A stretch of 20,000 bases of DNA, from assembly GCA_000934665.2 (NCBI GenBank), contig JYFJ02001690.1, forward strand, positions 52,646 through 72,645. The letters are read 5' to 3'. This document shows positions 9,966 through 19,046 of this stretch, in pieces; the stretch's first letter is position 1, and the number at the start of each line of letters is the position of its first letter. Source of the DNA: Catajapyx aquilonaris (Eukaryota). The notes below the pieces were generated by a model. That model was given only the letters and a program-made list of their open reading frames with translations, did no database searches and was not told where the DNA came from. A program made the translations under genes and the position numbers.

Positions 9966-12900
9966 CAAGCCAAGATATATAAAATGTACTGTTGTCCATC
10001 GATCACGTCAAGAGTTGTTGGACATCTCGGTCGCAACTATTCCCGTCTTATGCATTTAGATTTTAGAGGCTATGTAATTGCGGGATATTCGATTACTTTC
10101 TTTTTAAAAGTTTTGCTATTTAAAAGTTTTCATGGGATTCCTGGTCCCTGAAGTTAATTATTCGAAAATCAGGGAATTTAGAGTGTCTTTCTGAGGTATA
10201 GTCTGCTCTTCCACAACTACTGTCAAAAATTCTCGCATTAAATTGTGACACACTTTCATTACCCCCATATTATCACGTAGAGTATAATAAACACAATATT
10301 GAAGGGCTCTCTGCAATAAGAAGGCCTGGTATGTGCACTCATGACTTTTTCCCTGTGTTATAAAGCGAAAAGCCTACAAACCAGGTAAGACCACATTGTC
10401 CACGTTGCAGAGAACCCTTACCTGGAAGGGTTCTCTGCAGTAACGAGGTATGTGAACTTACCTGGTTTATAGGCTTTTCGCTTTAAAACACAGTAAAAAG
10501 TCCTAAGTGCACATACCTGCTTATTGCAGAGAGCCCTTCAATTTTGAAATGCTATTTTAAACGGTATTTGCACCATGGTAATTATTTTACTAACTAAATC
10601 ATCATCTATTACCTGGCATAGTAATTACTAACTACTTTTAGTTATCTTCTAGTTATCTTATCTTATACCAGCGCTCGGGCAAGTTCAGCTTCTTTTATTA
10701 CAATATGCTGCTACTGACACTGCGGCTTGGATAACATAGTGATCAGATCACAGTTGGAAAAACATTCAGCAAGATCATAAAGAATATGACCTACTGCACG
10801 TGACTAAGCAAATGTCGGTGTCAAGTTCCGTATTGTGAGTTGGTGGCTAATTTTTTGCATTAAAATGCATGCATATAAATGCGTGCTGACACCGGATAAG
10901 CAAAAATTAAAGCCAGGCCTAAGTGCAATATTCTCATATCAAGAACAAGAACAAGAATTGCAAAAAGTGACCAACACCAGAATAGTTGACCCATGTGAAT
11001 AAGCACCACCTGCAACACTTACCATGTTATCTCATAAAAATTCCCTCATAGACAATTTTAGCCTCATTTATTTCTGTATTCTGCCCAAATAAATTGAATA
11101 ATTATTTCTCTTCCAACCTTCCCATTATTTTGTAACCTTTAGAGTAGTACCGGTACTGTACTGTACAGCAACATCACATCATCAAACTGCCTTACTTCAC
11201 TCGATACACAGCATACTGCAAACTATTTCCTGGACATTTATCAAGAAACTGACTCCAAAACCTTCGAAACTGAAACACGCGTTTTAGAGCTAACCAATAG
11301 GGCAAGGTTCGAAGTCCAGCAAGGTAGAAAATGGTGCTGAGAGTTCCAAATAAAATGAATCAAAACAATGTAGCCTACTGACACCTCTCAAATGCAAAAG
11401 GTGCCAATTAACTGAACAGATGATGCACTTTAATTTTATTAGACCTCGCCCCTTCCCCCTGCTAGGTCATTCAACTGAACCCATGAATTCACACATATCT
11501 ATTGACAAAGCAGGTGACCTGGACGGACCTGGACCTTGTGTAAATTCACGAGTTCAATATTAATCCGATTACTTACAAAATTGCTGGAACTTTGCTGGAT
11601 TCTTGCACTTAACAACACTGGAGGCAATCGCAACGTCTTCACTCACTCGCAACCACAAATAGAATGTGAACAATTTTCACACAATACCCAAGATGCAATG
11701 GGGGATGGCTCTGGATGTCCCGGGACACTTTTTTGCTATGCATCGAAGCCATTGTTTCCTGTCGTAGACACACGCGTCCTGTCCTAAATAGCAGAAATAT
11801 TTTCCGCGAATCGGAAGGCGCCAGCACACAATAGATCACGATTTTTTCCCCCTTCTGAGATGGTTCCAGGTTGCACAGAATATTATTGACACTTGCAAAT
11901 TCCAGTTGTACAAGCACGTAAACACGAACGAATTGAAAATATGCAGGCCAGTTATTGTCTTAGTTCATTGCACTTGCGACACAATGATTTGTGGAGACTT
12001 CCTGGCGACATTCCATTCGGAGGAAGAAACAAAAGCTACATTTTTGATGCTATTAAAATCTGGATTAAACTAGTCTGATATGGTATTTCAGGACATTTGA
12101 CTGTAAAAAATAATAATACTGTGTTTGGTTCCAACTTACAAGTGATTTCCCCCCACTGCACTGTATTAAAATTAGATAAGTAATTTATACTCCAAACGCT
12201 CGCGCTCGCTCCAGACATTCCGATTCCGGATTAATACTAATACTGTAGTACAGTACAAGAAGCATACTGTACGTACTATATACGACAAATTGTTTCATAC
12301 CCCCGGGGTATGAAACAATTTGTCGTATACCTAGGTATAGTGCTATATACGACAAATTGTTTCATACCCCGGGGGTATGAAACAATTTGGCGTATATGTA
12401 CAGTATATGCACATATTTTAACACAAAAAAGTCCAACATATTTTAGCGGAGTCTTAGCTGGACCGCGACGATATTATTTTGGTAATTGTGTTAAACGGAA
12501 TAAGTATTCTCGTAGGCTGAGATACCCTGTGAAATGATAAAATACCTCGTTGCACTTTATTAGGTATAATTCCACTGAATTTGCATGAGCTAAAAGTCAA
12601 GCTCCCTGTGGTATGCAGGTCAAAAATCCCACGATACCCATTGTGTTATTTCATTGTGTTACGTCAAACCTGAAATGACACGAATGAGTTTTTGGTAAAC
12701 AGATGCCCAACTTTGGTTGTATCTTAATATATTTGCCATCTGTTTTCTACGGCATCGCTAATTTCTTGATAAAAACTGGAAACATCTGGCCCGATCAGGC
12801 CTGCAATTTATTACAAAAAGTGGAATAAACAGTCAAATAATTCAGTGCTCAAAAAGTTGAAATAATAGTGTTACTGGACCGGTACTAGAAGTGATTTTCA

Positions 12901-15900
12901 TATCTCAAAATTTAAATTATTACGGTGCTACTGTCATTACTGCAGTACCGGTACTAATAGGCTACAATTATTATCCCGCACTATCTATGGAATGTACTGT
13001 GCAGTCCACTATACTTGACATTCTCCCCAGTCACTATTTTGTCCAAGAAATTAATAAAAGCTACCTAACTCGTATTTTGAAACCGACATTTTAATAATTA
13101 CGGAGCGCATAATTTGCGTATTTAAAAGCTTAGGAAAAGTGATGACAGATGGAAATAGAATCAGGCACGCCACTCAAACGGGAACATTATTATTATCATT
13201 GTATTTAATCACTCTTATGGAGTTTATTATAGCCGCAGTATGCACAGTACCTTTTTGTTATCGTTTTGAAGGTCTTCTGCTGGTGCCGAATGGAGCATAT
13301 TTTGGATATCTACTTGGCGACCCTGCAATGGACACTACTGGAAACATCACCACCTATGTAAGCAGACCATGGGGGGTCTTCTTCACAGTGTTCGGGGCCG
13401 TCTTGCTGGATTTTGATGCGGATGCTTGCCAAAGTCCTGCTAGAGCATACATCCTGGATGTCACTACTGAGGGTAAGGTTTCAACTCCATTGTTACTCAT
13501 TATTCTTCAGCAACTTTAATGATTATCATATCTCGATCTTCTGTGTACTATTTCCCGAATATAAAAATTCCGTACACTCGTTCTTTGGCATATCCTTCCT
13601 AGTACCATAGTATAATCGAGCTCTATCTTCAATTTAGCGGATCATGCTAGAGGTCTAAGCACGTTTACCATCATGGCCGGACTAGGAGGTAGCCTTGGCT
13701 ACACTCTGGGTGGTGTTGATTGGGATTCGACATTATTAGGTGAGTAGCAGTCTACCTTTAAAAAATGGGCTCAAACTGTTGATTTCTTCATTTTTATGCA
13801 GGGTATGTTTTGGGTGGACATGTACGTGCTGTCTTCACACTGGTCACTTTTATTTTTGTGGTTTGCGTATGGATCACTCTGACCAGCTTTCGTGAGAAGC
13901 CTCTCACATCACCCGAGGTAAGCATCAGTTGATAACTTGGATATTTCTTTCCAGAGTTGGAGGACAGAAGTGGCTGGAGCTGGCCTATTTTTGTAAAAAT
14001 CGAAGGCTACTGTTATTCAAACTCTGGCCGCACTTTATGCTGTGTAAATGACGGAGAGATGGGTCGTATTGTGTGCCTGATCCCACCGCATTTCCCCATT
14101 GAAAACTGTGATCCAGCAGCTATAGTGTCGTCAGTTTTGGATTTGCTGCCAATAATATTATATAAAGAAAAACGTGCTCAAACGACAGTCCGCCTGCATA
14201 TCCAGTTCTTCAGATATTCACATAACGTGGGCTTGAAATAGATGTGGTAGATCCAACCCGGTGCGCACTTAATTGGGACCCGGATTAATTTGTTTGGTGC
14301 TTTTGGGGGGATTCTCCCACGATGGGCATATCCCACGGACTGCGGAGACGGATAAGCGGATTGCTCTCCTCCGAAAGAGGATTTCCTGTGAAATTGATTA
14401 CTCTACATTCCAACTTATCGGTGCGATGCTCTGGTCCTCCTGGCTTTATCCAAAATTCCGAATATATTTTGTTTGCAGCTGGCCTCTGGACATAATGGCA
14501 ACACCGGCTACATGCACTTCTCAGATGACGCTGCAGAGGATGATTCTGAAGTCAAGGCTTCCTATGGCACCATGGAAATTATGCGTACCAATCCGGACCT
14601 TCCTCCTCTCCGGACCGGGCCACCACGGGATGATACCCGTCTCTGCCACAACTGCGGTTACGTCAACATTTCCTACGATGAAGACAACGAGGAGAGAAAC
14701 GAGACGTCATTTTCCGTGGAGGACAAGCGTAATGGCACAGTAAGTAAATATGTATGACTTATTAAGAAGTGCCAGGTACAAAAACAAAATGTGACATTGC
14801 AGGGTGAGAAACCAGTTCCGCCCAAGACATTGAGTTTGGCACAATCAGAACCACACCCTGATGACGAAACTCCAAGCTTCTTGCATTACCTGCACTCTAT
14901 CATCAACATGCCCGGCTGCCTGGCCTCATTGTGTCTCACCAACCTTTTCTGCTGGATGTCTCTGGTCTGCTATTCACTTTACTTCACGGACTTTGTGGGC
15001 GAGGCTGTTTTCGGCGGTGATCCACAGGTCAGGTTGACACTTTTAATAGCCCTTTTCAAACGAGTCCGATCACCTAATTCTACACAATACCATGGACAAT
15101 ACGACGACATAATGGAAAAATGAGCTCTTAATGGACAGTGCGAACTTCTTGCCGATTCTTTGGAGATGTGGGCGGTATATAGGTTGGGAGGCATGGTGAC
15201 GGCCAGCGTGTCAAACAATCCATCGTACGCCTTGAGTTGTTATGTAGGCTATTAATGTGCAGTACTGTAGGCCTATATTAGGTGTCTCAATCCCGCAGGC
15301 TGCACCGGAATCCGAATCTCGTCAGAAATATGAAGCAGGAGTGAGACTCGGATGCTGGGGAATGGCCCTGTATTCCCTGTCATGTGCGTTGTACTCCTCC
15401 GCCATTGCCAAGCTGATTGAACGTTTCACGTACGTTACAGATTCTGTCTTGCTTTTACTTCCAGCTCTTCACTAATATTATGTCTTGTACTACGTAGGGC
15501 TCGTCCCGTATACATCGGTGGTCAACTAGTATACAGCATCGGGATGGTTGGGATGTCCTTCATACGTCATCCAGTAGGTGTGGTGCTGTTGTCTTGCACT
15601 GCAGGAGTCATGTATTCGACTCTGTTCACCATGCCGTACATGCTCGTGGCCCGCTACCACACCAACAACGTGGTGAGTAGGCCTAGTAACGCTGATTGGC
15701 AGATTCTTAAAGACTACATGTGGATGGCAAAACAAACTATTCGGTCTGTAAATGAGTGGCACCTTAGTGGCTATCAGTGCGCTATCAATAGGACATTAAA
15801 TTCGACGAAAAATTGCAAAAATGTGTCACAATTTATTTTTTCTATTGTTATGCAAAATTGTACAGGATATAGGCATTATAACCGAATGTTGACATGGATT

Positions 15901-16166
15901 TTCTTCAGATGCCTCCATGCGAGGCTTGGCCTCTGCGCTTGCTGAACTCCAATACTTCTGGAACGACCCAAAGTAGGAACCGAGGATTGGGTACCGACAT
16001 AGCTCTAGTCAGCAGTTGCGTCTTTTTGGCTCAGTTCTTGCTGTCTCTGGCCATGGGGTATCTGGTGACTGCCATCGGAAGCACCGTGGCCGTCGTTGCC
16101 TCAGCTGCTTTCTTGGCTCTGATGGGTGCCCTCTGTGCCACACAGATTCCATATGCTGGTCTGTAA
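2890..16166 (+). CDS. Slc45-1: SLC45-family MFS proton-coupled sugar transporter (proton-associated sugar transporter A / lovit-like), 9 coding exons, 583 aa
   Basis: Exons 2890-3172, 13272-13472, 13638-13739, 13802-13917, 14479-14739, 14803-15027, 15299-15429, 15498-15672, 15909-16166 join through GT-AG introns with consistent phases into 1752 nt (583 aa + TAA). Recognised SLC45/sucrose-transporter motifs: GIEFSYAAETAFVSP, LSDxCxSxWGRRRPF, LLDFDADACQSPARAY, MAGLGGxxGY, LYFTDFVGEAVFGGDP, YxxGVRxGCWG, RGLGTDIA. Family call is firm; exact orthology is inferred. Confidence 0.93.
4327..4332 (-). promoter_or_regulatory. Candidate polyadenylation signal of the nested phosphatase gene
   Basis: AATAAA on the - strand about 80 nt after the TGA. 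Confidence 0.5.
4413..4475 (-). CDS. SCP-like phosphatase terminal exon 5
   Basis: Acceptor CTCATCTTCAG. LFLKSANARPLLLHLQRAIT then TGA. NARPLL resembles the DVRxxL end of the domain. Confidence 0.75.
   Translation of the reverse strand, partial: LFLKSANARPLLLHLQRAIT
4413..7954 (-). CDS. Nested antisense FCP1/SCP (CTD small phosphatase-like, NIF domain, HAD superfamily) phosphatase, 5 coding exons, ~194 aa
   Basis: Exons 7954-7874, 5800-5583, 5054-4928, 4660-4565, 4475-4413 splice in frame to MAPVMENPTVHPAVSLKKHKYTLMLDL/DSTLIYT...AYLRPWAKKFLKQMARIYDIYVFTAATATYASPIVNKIDPTKKRIK/YIFHREHCTFEDGSYTKDFTTLGFDPKTTVFVDDNSASFRGN/ELNGLLVEAWMGEIPDVHLKSLGPLLRQIVSR/LFLKSANARPLLLHLQRAIT*. This is collinear with the SCP consensus (LVLDLDETL, RP, FTA, YA, RExC, YxKDL, VDN, N.ip..W). 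Confidence 0.9.
4565..4660 (-). CDS. SCP-like phosphatase coding exon 4
   Basis: Acceptor TTTTTCCTCGCAG. ELNGLLVEAWMGEIPDVHLKSLGPLLRQIVSR, donor AGG|GTAAGA. Confidence 0.87.
4928..5054 (-). CDS. SCP-like phosphatase coding exon 3
   Basis: Acceptor CTCTTCATTGCAG (phase 2). YIFHREHC...YTKDF...VFVDDN, donor AAT|GTAAGG. Confidence 0.9.
5583..5800 (-). CDS. SCP-like phosphatase coding exon 2
   Basis: Acceptor TATTTTGCAG. DSTLIYT...LRPW...VFTAA...YASPIVNKIDP. Ends at AA|GCAAGT (GC donor, phase 2). Confidence 0.9.
6371..6718 (-). mobile_element. Full-length tRNA-derived SINE with 15 bp TSD
   Basis: Head GGGGAGACGGAGTGGCGCCGCGG (A box), GGTTCAATCC (B box, 6663-6654), (AAAT)n tail. Perfect direct repeat TAGCAGCTTAATAAT at 6356-6370 and 6722-6736. 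Confidence 0.9.
7041..7636 (+). mobile_element. tRNA-derived SINE interrupted by a second SINE
   Basis: A box TGGCCGAGACGG (7053), B box GGTTCGAACCC (7097), A-rich tail at 7624-7636. The 3' body matches the reverse complement of about 18240-18352. Confidence 0.85.
7194..7422 (-). mobile_element. Short tRNA-derived SINE nested in the 7041-7636 SINE, 14 bp TSD
   Basis: Head ACCGAAGCAGGTTGGCATAGTGG...GGTTCGAATCCC, core GGTTTTCTGTGGTTTTCC...GGCCACAGCCGCTTCCTTCC, AATAATAA tail. Direct repeat CCTCCTGGGAGACT at 7180-7193 and 7423-7436. Confidence 0.9.
7874..7954 (-). CDS. SCP-like phosphatase coding exon 1 (exon starts at 7989 including UTR)
   Basis: ATG 7954-7952 in AGAATGG context, in-frame TGA at 7960-7958. 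Ends ...KYTLMLDL with donor CTC|GTAAGT. Acceptor ACTTTCAG at 7990. Confidence 0.88.
8041..8148 (-). other. Probable upstream (5' UTR/uORF) exon of the nested phosphatase
   Basis: Bounded by tandem acceptors TTGTCTCAG/TACAG/CAG and donor AGA|GTATGT. A 51 nt intron (8040-7990) links it to the ATG exon. Confidence 0.5.
8357..8908. mobile_element. Non-autonomous DNA transposon / foldback element with ~125 bp inverted repeats
   Basis: 8357-8482 is the reverse complement of 8785-8908 (about 90% identical by eye), around a GC-rich core. The true ends may extend to about 8339 and 8961 (GGGTAAAAGTTTCG vs CGAAAATTTCGCCC). Confidence 0.8.
8966..9198. mobile_element. hAT-like MITE
   Basis: TIRs CAGTGCTTCCCAA / TTGGGAAGCGCTG, subterminal hairpin GCGACCCCAAATGGGGTCGC, degenerate 8 bp TSD CCCCAGGT / CCCTATGT. 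Confidence 0.75.
9668..9759. repeat. Imperfect palindrome (~70 bp core, 9677-9746)
   Basis: GATCGGTGTCGGTGTTATCTATATAGCATGATTC-G-GAATCAGGCTATATAGATTTCCACCGTCACCGATC. Confidence 0.8.
9911..9964 (+). repeat. (GTT)18 microsatellite
   Basis: Perfect trinucleotide run. Confidence 0.97.
10298..10542. mobile_element. Palindromic MITE-like element
   Basis: Termini ATTGAAGGGCTCTCTGCAATAAG / CTTATTGCAGAGAGCCCTTCAAT. The arms are complementary along almost the whole length, and the central hairpin repeats the terminal motif. Confidence 0.85.
11577..11783 (-). other. Possible further upstream exon of the nested transcript
   Basis: Acceptor TTTCTGCTATTTAG, donors A|GTGAGT (11646) and T|GTAAGT (11576), ATG in AAACAATGG context at 11752. 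No homology recognised. Confidence 0.25.
12265..12405. mobile_element. Double-palindrome MITE-like element
   Basis: Two 51 bp palindromes (12279-12329, 12346-12396) of TATACGACAAATTGTTTCATACCCC-N-GGGGTATGAAACAATTTGTCGTATA, bounded by TACTGTAC...GTACAGTA. Confidence 0.8.
13272..13472 (+). CDS. Slc45-1: SLC45 coding exon 2
   Basis: Acceptor TTTTGAAG. GLLLVPNG...LLDFDADACQSPARAYILDVTTE, donor G|GTAAGG. Confidence 0.93.
13638..13739 (+). CDS. Slc45-1: SLC45 coding exon 3 (not in ORF track)
   Basis: Acceptor AATTTAG. ADHARGLSTFTIMAGLGGSLGYTLGGVDWDSTLL, donor G|GTGAGT. Confidence 0.93.
13802..13917 (+). CDS. Slc45-1: SLC45 coding exon 4 (not in ORF track)
   Basis: Acceptor TTTTTATGCAG. GYVLGGHVRAVFTLVTFIFVVCVWITLTSFREKPLTSPE, donor GAG|GTAAGC. 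Confidence 0.92.
14479..14739 (+). CDS. Slc45-1: SLC45 coding exon 5 (central cytoplasmic loop)
   Basis: Acceptor TTTGTTTGCAG. Acidic loop LASGHNG...SYGTM...EDKRNGT, donor ACA|GTAAGT, phase 0/0. Confidence 0.85.
14803..15027 (+). CDS. Slc45-1: SLC45 coding exon 6
   Basis: Acceptor ATTGCAG with a weak pyrimidine tract. GEKPVPPK...LCLTNLFCWMSLVCYSLYFTDFVGEAVFGGDPQ, donor CAG|GTCAGG. Confidence 0.9.
15299..15429 (+). CDS. Slc45-1: SLC45 coding exon 7
   Basis: Acceptor TCCCGCAG. AAPESESRQKYEAGVRLGCWGMALYSLSC...IERF, donor AC|GTACGT (phase 2). Confidence 0.92.
15498..15672 (+). CDS. Slc45-1: SLC45 coding exon 8
   Basis: Acceptor CTACGTAG. ARPVYIGGQLVYSIG...YSTLFTMPYMLVARYHTNNV, donor GTG|GTGAGT. 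Confidence 0.92.
15909..16166 (+). CDS. Slc45-1: SLC45 terminal coding exon 9
   Basis: Acceptor TTTTCTTCAG. MPPCEAW...RGLGTDIALVSSCVFLAQ...QIPYAGL then TAA. Confidence 0.92.
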   Translation: MPPCEAWPLRLLNSNTSGTTQSRNRGLGTDIALVSSCVFLAQFLLSLAMGYLVTAIGSTVAVVASAAFLALMGALCATQIPYAGL

Positions 16167-16457
16167 GGCGCATTTACATCAAGGCTATAGCTAATACTAT
16201 GATCAAGGCATATTACCAACAGATATGGAAGGTTATGATGTCATTAACAAAGTACTTCTGCACTTGAACCGCGCCCTTTCACCTCCTCTCCTTGACCTCC
16301 ATGTTTCTCATCGAAAGTCGGCAATGTTCGGCTTTGTCCACTTTGTCATGTCCTATTTTGCCTCATCAGTGCAGAACTATTTTGTTAACAACCGCTAAAT
16401 AGGTAGAGTGAATCGATAATTTTTATTATAGTGCAAATCAAATTTATCGATTCAAAT

Positions 16458-16706
16458 CCATTTGAACGATTTATTCCATTCGTAAACTCGCCTAAATGCT
16501 TGTGTATTTGATTATAATAAACTTGTGCGTTTTGTAAACCATAGAGGGGAAGAGATATTCACCCCTTCAATTACTTGTGTTATTTTAATTTAACCTCCCC
16601 GCTTATACAGATGCAGGGAGGAATGGGGGAAAAGATATTATGAAATACGCTTAGTTTGTCTGACTTTCAAATTATTAAGAAAATAAGGTTTAAATCGTTC
16701 ATATGG
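16458..16706. repeat. 16 bp inverted repeat pair (possible old MITE) in or near the SLC45 3' UTR
   Basis: CCATTTGAACGATTTA vs TAAATCGTTCATATGG (one mismatch). Confidence 0.35.
16516..16521 (+). promoter_or_regulatory. Candidate polyadenylation signal of SLC45
   Basis: AATAAA 350 nt after the stop, followed by GT/T-rich sequence. Confidence 0.4.
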
Positions 16707-17658
16707 CGCAATGGCTGTCACAGCAATATACATATAATATGGATACCCTAGAGTTAGTAACTAAATGTATGAGTGAAGTAGAGGCATGTTGTTGTGCCAC
16801 CTAGAGGTTATTTTTTCAACGTGACATATTACAATATTTCAACATGAGTGCATAATATCTTAGTACAGAAACAAGAAATTATATTTTCTGCCAAGATTAA
16901 TACAGTATTACTGGAATGTCAACAATCGCCTCAGTTGACGACGAGTCCGCCCATGACAAATGTTCCAATGATATAATATTATTATATGTCGGTTGGTTCT
17001 CTTGGATGGCAGAGTTGGTGTCTATATTAGGTAGTAAAGTATACTACAACTCTGTTTACAATATTATGGGATGTTTGAACCGTAGGTATATCATGTGCCA
17101 TAAAATGGTAGATTCAAGTGTCTCAGGGCCATTTTCCTTTTCCGCTTTAGTTGATTAATCCAGTCCTAATAATTGTTGTGAAGCCGCCTTTTCATTTTAT
17201 TTTCCACGTAGAGTGTGCTTAGTATTTTTGTTCTCCAGCTGATTTGAAGGTCGTGGGCCAAACGTTTTTGTCTGAATACCATACCATACTTCATCCATCC
17301 AGTATGAGTATATTACTCTTGATGAACGTGAATCAATGACAGGCGAGATCCCGTTACAAGGAAAGATATATAGTTGGCTTCCTTTTATTCGTGTACCTTA
17401 AATTTTGTGTTTCGGTGTTGGACGCGATCGTAATAGAAACACTAAAAGTAATTAATTAACCTAGAAAGCACAATATTACCACAAAAACTGATGTTATGTA
17501 TGTTATGTATTGATGTTTTTGTCTAATATTATGGGCTAAGTTTTATTTATGGTCTCTTCGAAAAATTACTCTCTTTGAAATGCCAAATGCTGAGAGATAG
17601 AGACGTGATTGGTGAACTTCAAATATTGTACTTCTAAACAGCGTGTTCTTAATAGTGA

Positions 17659-17813
17659 TAGTGGGAGATTCATCCTGCCGCCAACGTAATCGTTGGCCCA
17701 AGTCAAAAATGTACGTAGGGGTGAGAAATGTCAACATTTCTTGTAACGAGGGATACGAAAAGCCACATTTGCCAACTCCTATAGACACAGGCTGGCGGCG
17801 GGATCTTCCACTA
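17659..17813. repeat. Small TIR-bounded element
   Basis: TAGTGGGAGATTCATCCTGCCGCCA vs TGGCGGCGGGATCTTCCACTA (imperfect inverted ends). Confidence 0.4.
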
Positions 17814-18230
17814 GTAAGAAGCATTCTGTTAATAATAATTTAATATGAAACAGTCCTACATGAGGAAATAATTCCCAGTACCAAAGTATGGTACGGTACT
17901 GAAAAGAAAACATTTAATTGAAATGTTTATAGCAAGTCACCAATTTCACTAATCTATTGTCACAACAATCGCTGTATTTAATTATTATATGTCTCAAAAA
18001 TAATAACGATACTGATTTTGTTAAGTATAGTGTAACGAGAATTTGTTGAACTCTGTAATTCACTGTATCCAAATCGCGTCAAGTGTTCACCATTGTAACA
18101 TAGGTCGGGTTGAAATATTGCAAAAATATAAAAATGAAACGGTATGAAAATGTTGCTTCGTGCTAGCTTATTGAGAGGCAAAACTGATTTAACTCGTCAG
18201 CACTGTGTAGATAGTAAGTTTTATTTTGCT

Positions 18231-18596
18231 TTTTTTATTTTTAAGATATACCCCGTGCTAGGACCATAGGCCCTCTTAGGGGAGTGGATTACCACTATCG
18301 TGCAGGGACAGGGATCAAGTTGGGGGTCGTGTGCAGTCCCTCAGGGGGCCCGTTCGCCAAGATGATGCCCTAGATGCGAGTCAGATATTCCCCACCGACC
18401 CGCACCTCCTCCAGGGCAGGGAAAGGAAGGAAGCGGCTGTGGCCTATTTTACGGTATGATCCCGGAAATTTTTCCTGGGACGACCTTGGGAAACCACAGA
18501 AAACCAAGGTCAGGATCGCCGGCCTCCGGGATTCGAACCCAGGACCTCCCGATTAGCAGTCGGACACCATATCCACTCCACCACTACTGCTTCGGT
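18231..18596 (-). mobile_element. Full-length tRNA-derived SINE, 8 bp TSD
   Basis: Head and core closely match 7246-7422. A-rich tail. ATTTTGCT at 18223-18230 and 18597-18604. Confidence 0.88.
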
Positions 18597-19046
18597 ATTT
18601 TGCTGAAAATTATGTGTACAAATTATCATCTTCACACTGAAAGTTTCGAATTTAATTAATTTGACTTAATACACTTAGGTCCCACCGAAAGTGCTATAAA
18701 TAGAGCTTAACAGCCTTTGAGGAATGCTTAAACTATAATTATAGCCCATAGTATTATTTTAATCGGCTCTCAATGACAGGTGCTAACGGACTTCGATTAC
18801 TAAATTATTTCCAATCGTCAGTGGTAATTTATTTCTTCAATGGTCAAATTACATTAATTCGCATCGTGCTGTCGTTTACAGACATCTAAACGAGAATTTC
18901 TGTTCTTATGCTGACCTTGTGAAGTTTACTCACAAACCCGTCACACGCACATAATTGTATATAAGGTATATGTCCAATGACTTATTCCCAACAGAAAGCC
19001 GCAACTAATCTTCCGCGTATCCGTCTCACGAGGCTAGCATCAGAAC

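Noticed and set aside
9903..10151. ORF with a poly-Leu signal-peptide-like start
   Set aside because: Artefact of the (GTT)18 microsatellite; GTG start and no recognisable domain.
12279..12396. Repeat-spacer-repeat pattern as a CRISPR array
   Set aside because: Only two units, each a full 51 bp palindrome, in a spliceosomal-intron context with no cas genes.
13957..14478. ORFs inside SLC45 intron 4 as extra exons
   Set aside because: Exons 4 and 5 join in frame without them and the peptides show no SLC45 features.
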